A DNA stretch of 64,000 nt. Source: Eledone cirrhosa. Its lineage: Eukaryota. The notes under the pieces were generated by a model. That model was given only the letters and a program-made list of their open reading frames with translations. It ran no database searches and had not been told where the DNA came from. The position numbers and the translations under genes are program-made. Location of the stretch: assembly GCA_964016885.1 (NCBI GenBank), contig OZ024760.1, forward strand, positions 22,320,001 to 22,384,000. Reading direction: 5' to 3'. Of the stretch, positions 1-13,200 are shown piece by piece. The stretch's first letter is position 1; each line of letters opens with the position of its first letter.

Positions 1-124
1 GAGAAAAAAGAGAGAGGAAGGGGAGATAACTGAGGCCACGGGCAGAGTGACAGACAAATAATTAGAGAGAGAGGGGGAGATGTACCGAGATACCATCTAC
101 AGTGAAAGAGTGACAGAGATTGAG

Positions 125-243
125 GGAGAGAGTAGGAGAGAGAGAGAGAGTGGGAGGAAGAGAGAGAGAGAGAGAGAGAGAGTGGGAGGAAGAGAGAGAG
201 AGAGAGGGAGGAAGAGAGAGAGAGAGAGAGAGAGAGAGTGGGA

Positions 244-296
<53 letters not shown>

Positions 297-587
297 AGGA
301 AGAGAGAGAGAGAGAGAGAGTGGGAGGAAGAGAGAAAGAGAGTAGGAGGAAGAGAGAGAGAGAGTGGGAGGAAGAGAGAGAGAGAGTGGGAGGAAGAGAG
401 AGAGAGAGAGAGTGGGAGGAAGAGAGAGAGAGAGAGAGTGGGAGGAAGAGAGAGAGAGAGAGAGAGTGGGAGGAAGAGAGAGAGAGAGTAGGAGGAAGAG
501 AGAGAGAGAGTAGGAGGAAGAGAGAGAGAGAGTAGGAGGAAGAGAGAGAGAGTAGGAGGAAGAGAGAGAGAGAGAGGGAGAGAGAAA
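125..587. repeat. (GA)n microsatellite with GTGGGAGGAA interruptions
   Basis: Direct reading; explains the RE/SL-rich ORFs at 80-612. Confidence 0.95.
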
Positions 588-957
588 GTTTATGTGTACT
601 GTGTATTGACAAATGTAAATAGACTTTGCAAGTGTTTTAACGTTTGCACAATCATTTTAATCTCTTCAACAAGTCAAGTGGATCCCCTCCTCACACATTC
701 CTTCATTCCTCTATTCGATCATTCCTTCATTCGACCATTCCTCCATTCGACCATTACTTCATTTCTTTATTCCTCCATTCCTCCGTCACACATTCCAACA
801 TCATCAACGTACGAAACGTTAAGATTCTTTTCCTACCATATCAAGCGTTAAACTAACATATATATTCATTGTATAGTATTGTTTGTATTTATTGTTTTAC
901 CTTGATTTCTCGCAGACACACACAAACACACACTTCTATCTATCTATCTATCTATTT

Positions 958-1600
958 ATAACTCTTCGTACTCCTGGAGATGAGGGTTGCACATTTTTTC
1001 GGGGGTATGTGTTACCCATATGAACTGTCTCCCCCTATTGGGGAAAATCGACTAATTTTTAAAATTGCATTTGTGATAACATTTTACACGTTTTTATTGT
1101 ATGTAAACTTCCCCCTTTGTATTTGTCCCCTTCTTTTGTGGCCTCGTGGCAAATAAATAGAAATCTATCTATAACTCTTCGTACTCCTGGAGATGAGGGT
1201 TGCACATTTTTTCGGGGGTATGTGTTACCCATATGAACTGTCTCCCCCTATTGGGGAAAATCGACTAATTTTTAAAATTGCATTTGTGATAACATTTTAC
1301 ACGTTTTTATTGTATGTAAACTTCCCCCTTTGTATTTGTCCCCTTCTTTTGTGGCCTCGTGGCAAATAAATAGAAATCTATCTATAACTCTTCGTACTCC
1401 TGGAGATGAGGCTTGCACATTTTTTCGGGGGTATGTGTTACCCATATGAACTGTCTCCCCCTATTGGGGAAAATCGACTAATTTTTAAAATTGCATTTGT
1501 GATAACATTTTACACGTTTTTATTGTATGTAAACTTCCCCCTTTGTATTTGTCCCCTTCTTTTGTGCCCCTGTGGCTAATAAAGAAACATATCTATCTAT
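958..1600 (+). repeat. Tandem triplication of a 213-bp LINE-like 3' end
   Basis: ATAACTCTTCGTAC at 958, 1171 and 1384. Each unit ends GTGGC(A/T)AATAAA followed by (CTAT)n. A diverged fourth end lies at ~1600-1780 and a related end at 14570-14620. Confidence 0.85.
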
Positions 1601-1871
1601 AACGTTCTCCCCTAATAGGGATTTCGATTGTATTATTTTATATATAGTTTATTGTTATTGATTAATCTTAAAGATTTTTATGTAAAACCCCCGCCGTCAC
1701 GTCTTATAATGTTACATTGTTGTACGCCCTTGTGGCAAATAAAGAAATTTATCTCTCTATCTATCTCTCTATCTATCTAGGTCTATCCATCTATCCATCC
1801 ATCTGGGAAACAACAAACACAGTTATAAAAAGTCTTATTTGTTTCACGCTTTATATGGAAAAATGGGAAGA

Positions 1872-2038
1872 AAGTTCGACGAAACAAGTTCGACGAAACA
1901 AGTTCGACGAAACAAGTTCGACGAAACAAGTTCGACGAAACAAGTTCGACGAAACAAGTTCGACGAAATACGTTCGACGAAATAAGTTCGACGAAATACG
2001 TTCGACGAAATAAGTTCGACGAAATAAGTTCGACGAAA
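1872..2038. repeat. 14-bp tandem repeat AAGTTCGACGAAA(C/T) x12
   Basis: Units at 1872, 1886 ... 2026. Confidence 0.95.
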
Positions 2039-2194
2039 GTATGACATTTGTAGAAATTTGTAAAAAAACCCAACAAATTTCTACAAATTTCATATTTGAC
2101 GACCCAATATATATAGAGGCAATATATATATAGGGTAAATACATACATATATATATATATATTCACGCTTTGTATGGAAAAGTGTAAAGAGAGT

Positions 2195-2226
2195 TCGACG
2201 TGTCGGGCTTCAGCCCTTCTTCAGGA
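2195..2226 (-). ncRNA. Degenerate minimal hammerhead ribozyme (PLE-type)
   Basis: Minus strand CTGAAGA-A-GGGC-TGAA-GCCC-GACA-CGTC; GAAA has changed to GACA. Confidence 0.6.
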
Positions 2227-2433
2227 GTACAAATAGAGAGACAGGATTACAAAGGATAGATACAGAAAATAAAAGGTAGTCCAAGTAAAGAAAATAAAAA
2301 TAAAGAGTTAAGAGGACAAACCGTTAGGTAGTCTTGGTAAAGATTATGGAAGGCTAGATATGGTGGGAATAGAGGAACGAGTAAGTTTAAGAAGATAGGT
2401 GACACAGACAAGGTAGAGGAAAAAACAAGAAGA

Positions 2434-2475
<42 letters not shown>

Positions 2476-2663
2476 GTTATTCCGGGTTGAATCGGAGGTA
2501 ACCACAGTAAGTAAGGTACTCAATACATAGCAGAGTATAATAGTTTTAATATAGATGAGATTCTACAGGACTAGAACTGTTTCATTCATTAGAAATCATC
2601 AGGAATCTGATGATTTCTAATGAATGAAACAGTTCTAGTCCTGTAGAATCTCATCTATATTAA

Positions 2664-2669
<6 letters not shown>
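2476..2669 (-). mobile_element. PLE-like fragment with perfect palindrome 2540-2669 and two divergent HHR-like cores
   Basis: 63-bp arms with a GAAT spacer. CTGATGA-TTTC-TAAT-GAAT-GAAACAGTT at 2607 (+) with a mirror copy ending at 2602 (-). Flanked by (TA)n. Relatives at ~3070-3170, 17622, 28015, 62860 and 63540. Confidence 0.75.
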
Positions 2670-2725
<56 letters not shown>

Positions 2726-2866
2726 AGAGAGAAGAGAGAGAAGAGAGAAGCGAGAGAGAGAGAGAGGACAAGAGAGAGAAGAGAGAAGCGAGAGAGAAAA
2801 GAGAGAGAAGAGAGAGAGAAAAGAGAGAGAAGAGAAAGAGAGAGAAGAGAGAGAGAAGAGAGAGAG

Positions 2867-2897
<31 letters not shown>

Positions 2898-3285
2898 AAG
2901 AGAAAAGAAGGTCGCGGGCGATGAGTGCAGAGAAAAACATTTTAATAAAAATCCCAATATTCGAAGTCGGTGGTAACCCGATGGCTAGACAGGATGGTAA
3001 ATAGAGCAGTCACAAGGTGTGGGTAAATACCCACGTGGGAAATAGAAATATAATATAGAGATCTATTTCTGTAGAAGCCATTTGTATATTATACATGATG
3101 TTTGCAATCTACCAATGTATTGAGTGCCTTATTTACTGTGGTTACCCCCCCCCCCCAATTGAACCCGGGACTCTCCCTCCATCTCTCTCTCTCACACACA
3201 CTCACACAATGTCAGACACTATTTTGGCTGCTATTTCTAGCTGTATTGTAAGACTGACATGTAGTCTTAATATTGATTTATAGTA

Positions 3286-3500
3286 TAGGCACAAGGCCAG
3301 TAATTTGGGGGAGGGGAAAGTCGATTAAATCGACCCCAATGCGTTACTGGTACTTTACTTTACGTAGTCTATTTTAGGCACAAGGCCAGCAATAACCCAG
3401 TGCATTACTGGTACTTTATTTTATCAACCCTGTAAGGATGAAAGGCAAAGTCAACCTCGGCGGGATTTGAACTCAGAACGTAAAGGGACGTAACTATGCT
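3286..3500 (-). mobile_element. tRNA-derived SINE (family A)
   Basis: GGCACAAGGCC...ACTGGTACTTTATTTTATC...GGATGAAAGGCAAAGTCAACCTCGGCGGGATTTGAACTC (B-box GAGTTCAAATC on minus); multiple copies in the window. Confidence 0.8.
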
Positions 3501-3805
3501 GGAATATTAAGAGACATTAATATTAAGAGACATTTGTTCATGTAACGGCCCAATTATACAGAGGGCTTTTGCAGAGCATGTGGATCGGCAGCGGTATGTA
3601 GTCTTTCAAGATAAATATGATCTCTTGGAATTGAAAAATAACTCCCCTGACGAATTTGCGAATTCTTCAAATATTGGGCTTTTAATATTATTTCTTCTTC
3701 CGCAAATGAAACCATGGTAGGAAGATCGATACATAAACGGAATTGACTAAAACATTTTTGATCTGTCTCGCCCATAAATAGAGTTTCACTTAAATTTAAA
3801 ATGTC

Positions 3806-3859
<54 letters not shown>

Positions 3860-4017
3860 AAAAGAGTCAGGACCCCGACGGCTGAGCTCCAGTCGTTTCA
3901 ACAGCTAGATCCGAACCCAACAACAACTATATATATATATGTATGTATGTATGTGTGTGTTAAGTATTTCCGTAGAAAAGGTAAAGGAGTGCTCTATGTA
4001 TACTACAGAGCTATTTG

Positions 4018-4052
<35 letters not shown>

Positions 4053-4557
4053 CAATTTAGAAATTAAAAATTAAAAAATATATGATCAACACTACTGTGT
4101 TTTTTTTTGCAAAATGACAATCATTTTTTTTTTAGCCAGATAGAAATACCTTAATTCAAGTACATATAGTCCGTCTGTATCGATCTAGAGAATTTTAAAT
4201 ATTAAATCTATACTTACAGACGTAAAATGGCAACTGCCTGGTGCCTAGACAAGTTTAAATTTCAAAATTCAAACCTTTTCAGCAGATCGGGCAGAACTTC
4301 AAAGCATAAACCTGTTTCACAAGGGATGTTATACTAATGAAATAATTAATTAATTACGGAACAACTATTTATAAAATAATTATTAGTAGAGTAATCAATT
4401 TTCTGTGATATACGGTCGGCACCCAGAAATATATATATATATATATATATACATTTTGAGTTTAATAACAACCCAACCAGAAACTGGGCATATCAGAGTA
4501 TTGACAATATTATACACCACAACAACATATGTACTTGTCTATACCACACTAATTCGG

Positions 4558-4610
4558 ACTGCCTGAAGAGGTCACAGCCAAAGATGTGTCACTGAAATAT
4601 ATATAGCAGT
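4558..4610 (+). ncRNA. Hammerhead ribozyme in PLE-like fragment 4464-4663
   Basis: ACTGC-CTGAAGA-stem II-GAAA-TATATA-TA-GCAGT; stem I ACTGC/GCAGT; same family as 41709. Confidence 0.75.
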
Positions 4611-4869
4611 AATAAACGAAGCTAAATTTTAAACATTTGACTTTTTATTTAACTTTATTTTATATATACATACAGATATATTGTGTGCGTGTTTGTGTGT
4701 GTGTGTATCTGTGTTTCTGTGTATATGTGTGCATATAGGGGAGTGTATATTTATTAGTGAAGTATGGACTTGCGTTCAATCTCCACACATACACTCCAAC
4801 ATCACCATAACCCACCCTGCCTAACCCTATGTTACCCACCCTACCCCACCAAGTCCACCCTCAATCTAT

Positions 4870-5770
4870 TTACTGTCTAAACCTGTGTTAACCACCACCC
4901 AACACCACCCCGTGTAACCCTGTGTTGGCCACCACCCAACACCACCATATCCCACTGTCTAACCCTGAGTTACCCACCACCCAACACCACCCCGTCTAAC
5001 CCCGTGTTAACCACCACCCAATACCACCATATCCCACTGTCTAATCCTGTGTTACCCACCACCCAACACCACCCCGTCTAACCCTGTGTTGGCCACCACC
5101 CAACACCACCATATCCCACTGTCTAACCCTGTGTTACCCACCACCCAACACCACCCCGTCTAACCCTGTGTTGGCCACCACCCAACACCACCATATCCCA
5201 CTGTCTAATCCTGTGTTACCCACCACCCAACACCACCCCGTCTAACCCTGTGTTGGCCACCACCCAACACCACCATATCCCACTGTCTAATCCTGTGTTA
5301 CCCACCCCGTCTAACCCCGTGTTAACCACCACCCAATACCACCATATCCCACTGTCTAACCCTGTGTTACCCACCACCCAACACCACCCCGTCTAACCCT
5401 GTGTTGGCCACCACCCAACACCACCATATCCCACTGTCTAATCCTGTGTTACCCACCACCCAACACCACCTCGTCTAACCCTGTGTTGGCCACCACCCAA
5501 CACCACCATATCCCACTGTCTAATCCTGTGTTACCCACCCCGTCTAACCCCGTGTTAACCACCACCCAATACCACCATATCCCACTGTCTAACCCTGTGT
5601 TACCCACCACCCAACACCACCCCGTCTAACCCTGTGTTGGCCACCACCCAACACCACCATATCCCACTGTCTAATCCTGTGTTACCCACCACCCAACACC
5701 ACCCCGTCTAACCCTGTGTTGGCCACCACCCAACACCACCATATCCCACTGTCTAACCCTATGTTATCCA
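4870..5770. repeat. C-rich minisatellite, ~82-bp dimeric unit containing CTAACCCT
   Basis: Recurrent CCACCACCCAACACCACC...GTCTAACCCTGTGTT. Confidence 0.9.
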
Positions 5771-5855
5771 CCCGACTTCTACAACCCAACTACATCTGTC
5801 AGCACCCGTTCACTACTGCACCGTAAATATTTAGCATACTTAAATGTCATGCAAT

Positions 5856-6440
5856 GTGATGGTGGTGGTGGTGGTGGTGGTGGTGATAATGGTGGTGGTG
5901 GTGGTGGTGGTGCTGGCGATGGTGGTGCTGGTGGTGATGGTGGTGCTGGTGGTGATGGTGGTGCTGGTGGTGATGGTGGTGATGGTGGTGCTGGTGATGG
6001 TGGTGATGGTGGTGCTGGTGGTGATGGTGGTGCTGGTGGTGATGGTGGTGGTGGTGGTGATGGTGGTGATAATGGTAGTGGTGGTGGTGATGGTGGTGAT
6101 GGTGGTGGTGGTGCTGGTGGTGATGGTGGTGCTGGTGATGGTGGTGATGGTGGTGATGGTGATGATGGTGGTTATGGTGGTGATGGTGGTGGTGGTGATG
6201 GTGGCGATGGTGGTGGTGGTTATGGTAGCGATGGTGATGATAATGATGGTGGTGGTGGTGATGGTGGTGATGGTGTTGATGGTGATGATGGTGGTGATGG
6301 TGGCGATGGTGGTGATGGTGGTTATGGTGGCGATGGTGATGATAGTGATGGTGGTGGTGGTGGTGGTGATGATAATGATGGTGGCGGTGGTGGTGATGAT
6401 AGTGGTGCAGGCGGCAGTGGTCATGTAGTGGTGGTGGTAG
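5856..6440. repeat. (GGT/GAT)n degenerate trinucleotide repeat
   Basis: Direct reading. Confidence 0.9.
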
Positions 6441-6583
6441 TCATGTTGGTATTGTCTGTAGTGGTGTATGTTAGTGAGGTTCTTTAACGGTGGTGGTTGT
6501 AGTAGTAGTGGTGGTTGTGTTATTGGTTGTAGTAGTTGTAGTGCTAATAATAGAAGTAGTGTTGGTAGTGGTATTGGTAGTTC

Positions 6584-7395
6584 TAGTGCTTGTAGTGGTG
6601 GTACTAGTGGTGTTGTTAGTAGTGGTTTAGATAGTGATAGTGTTAGTTGCACTGGTAGTGCTTGTAGTGGTGGTACTAGTGGTGTTGTTAGTAGTGGTTT
6701 AGATAGTGATAGTGTTAGTTGCACTGGTAGTGGAGGTAGTGGTGGTACTAGTGGTGTTGTTAGTAGTGGTTTAGATAGTGATAGTGTTAGTTGCACTGGT
6801 AGTGGAGGTAGTGGTGGTACTAGTGGTGTTGTTAGTAGTGGTTTAGATAGTGATAGTGTTAGTTGCACTGGTAGTGGAGGTAGTGGTGGTACTAGTGGTG
6901 TTGTTAGTAGTGGTTTAGATAGTGATAGTGTTAGTTGCACTGGTAGTGGAGGTAGTGGTGGTACTAGTGGTGTTGTTAGTAGTGGTTTAGATAGTGATAG
7001 TGTTAGTTGCACTGGTAGTGGAGGTAGTGGTGGTACTAGTGGTGTTGTTAGTAGTGGTTTAGATAGTGATAGTGTTAGTTGCACTGGTAGTGGAGGTAGT
7101 GGTGGTACTAGTGGTGTTGTTAGTAGTGGTTTAGATAGTGATAGTGTTAGTTGCACTGGTAGTGGAGGTAGTGGTGGTACTAGTGGTGTTGTTAGTAGTG
7201 GTTTAGATAGTGATAGTGTTAGTTGCACTGGTAGTGGAGGTAGTGGTGGTACTAGTGGTGTTGTTAGTAGTGGTTTAGATAGTGATAGTGTTAGTTGCAC
7301 TGGTAGTGGAGGTAGTGGTGGTACTAGTGGTGTTGTTAGTAGTGGTTTAGATAGTGATAGTGTTAGTTGCACTGGTAGTGGAGGTAGTGGTAGTA
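6584..7395. repeat. 72-bp near-perfect minisatellite x~11
   Basis: GTACTAGTGG at 6601, 6961 and 7321 (360 = 5x72); followed by a degenerate GGTAGT tract to ~8225. Confidence 0.95.
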
Positions 7396-8555
7396 CTAGT
7401 GTAGTTAATGCTGCTGGTGTGTAGTGCAGGGAGTGGTAGTGGTAGTGTAGGGACTGGTAGTGGTTGTGTAGGTAGTAGTGGTAGTGTAGGTAGTGGTGGT
7501 TGTGGTAGAGCAGGTAGTGGTAGTGGTAGTGTAGGTAGTAGTGGTAGTGGTGGTAGTGGTAGTGCAGGGAGTGGTAGTGGTTGTGTAGGTGGTAGTGTAG
7601 GTAGTGGTAGTGTAGGTAGTGGTGGTAGTGGTAGTGTAGGGAGTGGTAGTGGTTGTGTAGGTAGTGGTAGTGTAGGTAGTGGTGGTAGTGGTAGTGTAGG
7701 GAGTGGTAGTGCAGGGAGTGGTAGTGGTTGTGTAGGTAGTGGTAGTGTAGGTAGTGGTAGTGTAGGTAGTGGTGGTAGTGGTAGTGCAGGGAGTGGTAGT
7801 GGTTGTGTAGGTAGTGGTAGTGTAGGTAGTGGTGGTAGTGGTAGTGCAGGGAGTGGTAGTGGTTGTGTAGGTAGTAGTGGTAGTGTAGGTAGTGGTAGTG
7901 TAGGTAGTGGTGGTAGTGGTAGTGCAGGGAGTGGTAGTGGTAGTGTAGAGAGTGGAGGTGTAGAGAGTGGTGGTGAGGGTTGTAGTGGTAGTGTATGTAG
8001 TAGTGGTGGTAGTGGTGGTGTAGAGAGTGGTGGTGAGGGTTGTAGTGGTAGTGTATGTAGTAGTGGTGGTAGTGGCGGTGGTAGTGGTGGTAGTAGTGGT
8101 GGTAGTGGTGGTGGTAGTAGTGGTGGTAGTAGTGGTGGTGGTAGTAGTGGTAGTAGTGGTGGTAGTGGTGGTGGTAGTGTGGTGGTAGTGGTGGTAGTAG
8201 TGGTGGTAGTAGTGGTGGTAGTAGAGGTGTAGGGCGTGGAACGATATACTAGTATGCGACGGTAGGCGCTGATTGATGGAGCTGGAGGAAGAGACAAGAG
8301 AAGAGGGGTATACAAATCTATTAACTGAGGTGGTGGTGGTGCTGGGGACGTTGCCCGTAGTGGTGGTGAGAGGAGTGGAGATAAACTAACTATATATATA
8401 TATATATGGTAACTATATATATATATATATATATGGTAACTATATATATATATATATATATGGTAACTATATATATATATATGGCAAGGGCGGTGCCCCA
8501 GCATGGCCTCAGCCGGATGGCTGAAACAGGTAAAAGAATATACATATATTATCCA

Positions 8556-8692
8556 GCATAGTTATGTCCCTTTACGATCTGAGTTCAAATCCCGCCGAGG
8601 TTGACTTTGCCTTTCATCCTTACGGGGTCGATAAAATAAAGTACCAGTAATACACTGGGTAATTGCTGGCCTTGTGCCTAAAGTAGAAACAA
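8556..8692 (+). mobile_element. SINE family A fragment
   Basis: GAGTTCAAATCCCGCCGAGGTTGACTTTGCCTTTCATCCTTACGGGGTCGATAAAATAAAGTACCAG. Confidence 0.8.
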
Positions 8693-8725
8693 TTATATAT
8701 ATATACAGAAACATACATATGTATG

Positions 8726-8817
<92 letters not shown>

Positions 8818-8874
8818 CATATATATATACAGAAACACACACACACACATATATATATACAGAAACATACACTC

Positions 8875-8911
<37 letters not shown>

Positions 8912-9366
8912 TTATATATATATACATATATACATAAATACATATACATACATATATACAGAAACATACATATATATATATTATATATATATACATAAAT
9001 ACATATACATACATATATATATACACACATTATATATATATACATAAATACATATACATACATATATATATATATATACACACATATATACATACATACA
9101 TACTTACATATGTATACGTATATATTCGTATATCTATATGTACATATATATATATGTATATCTCTCTCTCTCTATATATATATATATGTCTATATATATA
9201 TATATATGTGTGAGTATGTATGTATATATATATATACGCGCATGAGCGTATATATATATCTATATATACATACATCCATACATACATACATACACACATT
9301 GGCATATATATATATATATGCATACATACATACATACACACATTGGCATATATATATACGCGCGTG

Positions 9367-9408
<42 letters not shown>

Positions 9409-9609
9409 CATACATACATTGGCATATATATATATACGCGCGTGAGTATATATATATATATATATATATATCTAGGGGTAGTTACCAACATCAGGTGATA
9501 TCAATTAATATGATAAAAGAGTCATAAAATAAATGATTGTTTAACTCCCAGGTACTTGAAAGTGTTGTAACATTGTTTCACAAGTTCACCTCTTTTCATC
9601 TTCTCTCAT

Positions 9610-10300
9610 CTTTATCGTTATCATCACCATCACCATCACCATCACCTCTATCACCATCATCATCATCATTATTATCATTATCATCACCACCACCTCTATC
9701 ACCATCATCATCACCATCATCATCATTATAGTCATCACCACCATCTCTATCACCATCATCATCACCATCATCATCATTATAGTCATCACCACCATCTCTA
9801 TCACCATCATCACCACCATCTCTATCACCATCATCACCATCATCATCATTATAGTCATCACCACCATCTCTATCACCATCATCATCACCATCATCATTAT
9901 TATAGTCATCATCATCACCATCATCATTATTATAGTCATCACCATCACCACCATCATTATAATCATCATCACCACCACCATCATCATCACCATCATCATT
10001 ATTATAGTCATCACCATCACCACCATCATTATAGTCATCACCATCACCATCATCATCACCATCACCACCACCTCTATCACCATCATCATCACCATCACCA
10101 CCATCTCTATCATCATCATCATCATTATTATAGTCATCATCATCTCCACCATCTCTATCACCATCATCATCATCATTAATGCTATCATAATCATCAACAT
10201 CACTACCCTCATCATTGTTATATTATTTTCTTTTTCCTCATCATCATCACGACCGTCACATCATAGTCTTCATAGCAATCGCCATCATCACCATCATCGT
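9610..10300. repeat. (CAT/CAC)n degenerate repeat
   Basis: Direct reading. Confidence 0.9.
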
Positions 10301-10440
10301 GAAGACGAAGACGACGATCAAGAAAAGAAGAAAAGAAGAAAAGAAGAAAAGAAGAAAAGAAGAAAAAGAAATAAAGAAAAAAGAACAAAAGAAAAAAAAG
10401 AAAAAAAAGACCAAAAGAAAAAAAAGAAAAAAGAAAAGAA

Positions 10441-11500
10441 AAGAAGAAGGCGAAGAAGAAGGCGCAGAAGAAGGCGCAGAAGAAGGCGAAGAAGAAGGCG
10501 CAGAAGAAGGCGCAGAAGAAGGCGAAGAAGAAGGCGAAGAAGAAGGCGCAGAAGAAGGCGAAGAAGGCGAAGAAGAAGGCGCAGAAGAAGGCGAAGAAGA
10601 AGGCGAGGAAGAAGGCGAAGAAGAAGGCGAAGAACAAAGCGAAGAAGAAGGCGCAGAAGAAGGCGAAGAAGAAGGCGCAGAAGAAGGGGCAGAAGAAGGC
10701 GAAGAAGAAGGCGAAGAAGAAGGCGCAGAAGAAGGCGCAGAAGAAGGCGAAGAAGAAGGCGAAGAAGAAGGCAAAGAAGAAGGCGAAGGCGAGGAAGAAG
10801 GCGAAGAAGAAGGCGAAGAAGAAGGCAAAGAAGAAGGCGAAGGCGAGGAAGAAGGCGAAGAAGAAGGCGAAGAAGAAGGCGAAGAAGAAGGCGAAGAAGA
10901 AGGCAAAGAAGAAGGCGAAGAAGAAGACGAGAAAGAAGGCGAAGAAGAAGGTGAAGAAGAAGGTGAAGAAGAAGGCGAAGAAGAAGATAAGGAAGAAGGC
11001 GAAGAACAAAGCGAAGAAGAAGGCGAAGAAGAAGGCGAAGAAGAAGGCGCAGAAGAAGGCGCAGAAGAAGGCGCAGAAGAAGGCGAAGAAGGCGAAGAAA
11101 AAGGCGAAGGCGAGGAAGAAGGCGAGGAAGAAGGCGAAGAAGAAGGCGAAGAAGAAGGCGAAGAAGAAGGCGAAGACGAATGCGAAGAAGAAGGCGAAGA
11201 AGAAGGCGAAGAAGAAGGCGAGGAAGAAGGCGAGGAAGAAGGCGAGGAAGAAGGCGAAGAAGAAGGCGAAGAAGAAGACGCAGAAGAAGGCGAAGAAGAA
11301 GGCGAGGAAGAAGGCGAAGAAGAAGGCGAAGAAGAAGGCGAAGAAGGCGAGGAAGAAGGCGAAGAAGAAGGCGAGGAAGAAGGCGAAGAAGAAGGCGAGG
11401 AAGAAGGCGAGGAAGAAGGCGAAGAAGGCGAAAAAGAAGGCGAAAAAGAAGGCGTAGAAGAAGGCGAAAAAGAAGGCGAAGAAGAAGGCGAAGAAGAAGA
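10441..11500. repeat. (GAAGAAGAAGGC)n 12-bp purine-rich minisatellite
   Basis: Direct reading; generates Glu-, Lys- and Arg-rich ORFs in several frames. Confidence 0.9.
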
Positions 11501-11815
11501 AGAGAGAAAAGGAAAAGAAAAAGATTATCGTTATAAAATTTTTTTTAGTTATTGAGATTCTTTGTTTTTGTTGTTGGAGGTGAAGGTGCGAGGTTTAGTT
11601 GTTAAAGTATAGGGTGGTGGATTGGCAGAAGAGTTATAGCAGTATTTCTCTATCGGTATTTCCCGGAACTCTAGGGTTCCATAAGATGTCACTAGGGGTT
11701 CCGTGAGAAACTGTGATAAATTAGCTAATGCATTTTTGAGTAATTTCTGTTTATTTAATTTTATATTCGTAATTTTACTACACACGAACGTCATTTTGTT
11801 TTTAAAAAATTCCTT

Positions 11816-13040
11816 GGTTATTATAATAAAGGTTCCTACTTTTGGCACGAGGCCAGCAATTATCCCAGTGCATTACTGGTACTTTATTTTATCGACCCCG
11901 TAAGGATGAAAGGCAAAGTTAACCTCGACGGGTTATTATAACTCGGTTATTATAATAAAGGTTTCTACTTTTGGCACGAGGCCAGCAATTAGCCAGTGTA
12001 TTACTGGTACTTTATTTTATCGACCCCGTAAGGATGAAAGGCAAAGTTAACCTTGACGGGTTATTATAACTCGGTTATTATAATAAAGGTTTCTACTTTT
12101 GGCACGAGGCCAGCAATTAGCCAGTGTATTACTGGTACTTTATTTTATCGACCCCGTAAGGATGAAAGGCAAAGTTAACCTTGACGGGTTATTATAACTC
12201 GGTTATTATAATAAAGGTTTCTACTTTTGGCACGAGGCCAGCAATTAGCCAGTGTATTACTGGTACTTTATTTTATCGACCCCGTAAGGATGAAAGGCAA
12301 AGTTAACCTTGACGGGTTATTATAACTCGGTTATTATAATAAAGGTTTCTACTTTTGGCGCGAGGCCAGCAATTATCCCAGTGTATTACTGGTACTTTAT
12401 TTTATCGACCCCGTAAGGATGAAAGGCAAAGTTAACCTCGACGGGTTATTATAACTCGGTTATTATAATAAAGGTTTCTACTTTTGGCACGAGGCCAGCA
12501 ATTAGCCAGTGTATTACTGGTACTTTATTTTATCGACCCCGTAAGGATGAAAGGCAAAGTTAACCTTGACGGGTTATTATAACTCGGTTATTATAATAAA
12601 GGTTTCTACTTTTGGCGCGAGGCCAGCAATTATCCCAGTGTATTACTGGTACTTTATTTTATCGACCCCGTAAGGATGAAAGGCAAAGTTAACCTCGACG
12701 GGTTATTATAACTCGGTTATTATAATAAAGGTTTCTACTTTTGGCACGAGGCCAGCAATTAGCCAGTGTATTACTGGTACTTTATTTTATCGACCCCGTA
12801 AGGATGAAAGGCAAAGTTAACCTTGACGGGTTATTATAACTCGGTTATTATAATAAAGGTTTCTACTTTTGGCACGAGGCCAGCAATTAGCCAGTGTATT
12901 ACTGGTACTTTATTTTATCGACCCCGTAAGGATGAAAGGCAAAGTTAACCTCGACTGGTTATTATAACTTGGTTATTATAATAATTATTTCTACTTTTGG
13001 CACAAGGCCGGCAATTATTCCAGTGCATTACTGGCACTTT
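11816..13040 (-). repeat. Tandem array of SINE-A core, 128/129 bp x9 plus a partial unit
   Basis: Unit starts at 11816, 11945, 12073, 12201, 12329, 12458, 12586, 12715, 12843 and 12971; the unit matches the SINE-A body seen at 3375-3460. Confidence 0.9.
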
Positions 13041-13059
13041 ATGGCTTCTCCTCCAATAT

Positions 13060-13200
13060 GGCGTCCGCCTCGTGGACCCGACCAAAAGAATGGGGAAGAT
13101 ATTTCTCTGGAGGACGGCGAGCGAGATACGCTGGAACAGCCACTCCACCTGGTGGGTCTCGCACCAGCGGGCAGCCAACTCTGCCTACCCCAAACCGTTT
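13060..13200 (-). mobile_element. CRE-like (restriction-like endonuclease) non-LTR retrotransposon C-terminal fragment
   Basis: Translation EWLFQRISLAVLQRNIFPIL resembles the QR-S-A-QRGNA C-terminal motif of CRE-clade elements (from memory). Confidence 0.6.

Noticed and set aside
3554-3810. Unique minus-strand reading frame (NDILNLSETLF...)
   Set aside because: No recognisable domain; the ORF start lies across (TA)n in a repeat fragment.
5840-8504. Long Gly/Ser/Pro/Thr-rich ORFs on both strands
   Set aside because: Translations of GGT-type repeats and a 72-bp minisatellite, open in multiple frames.
10215-11555. 446-aa Glu-rich ORF and overlapping histone-H1/protamine-like Lys/Arg ORFs
   Set aside because: Product of a stop-free 12-bp purine repeat open in several frames; no domain or splice evidence.
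11816-13040. CRISPR-like array
   Set aside because: Units are contiguous with no unique spacers and derive from a SINE; eukaryotic context.
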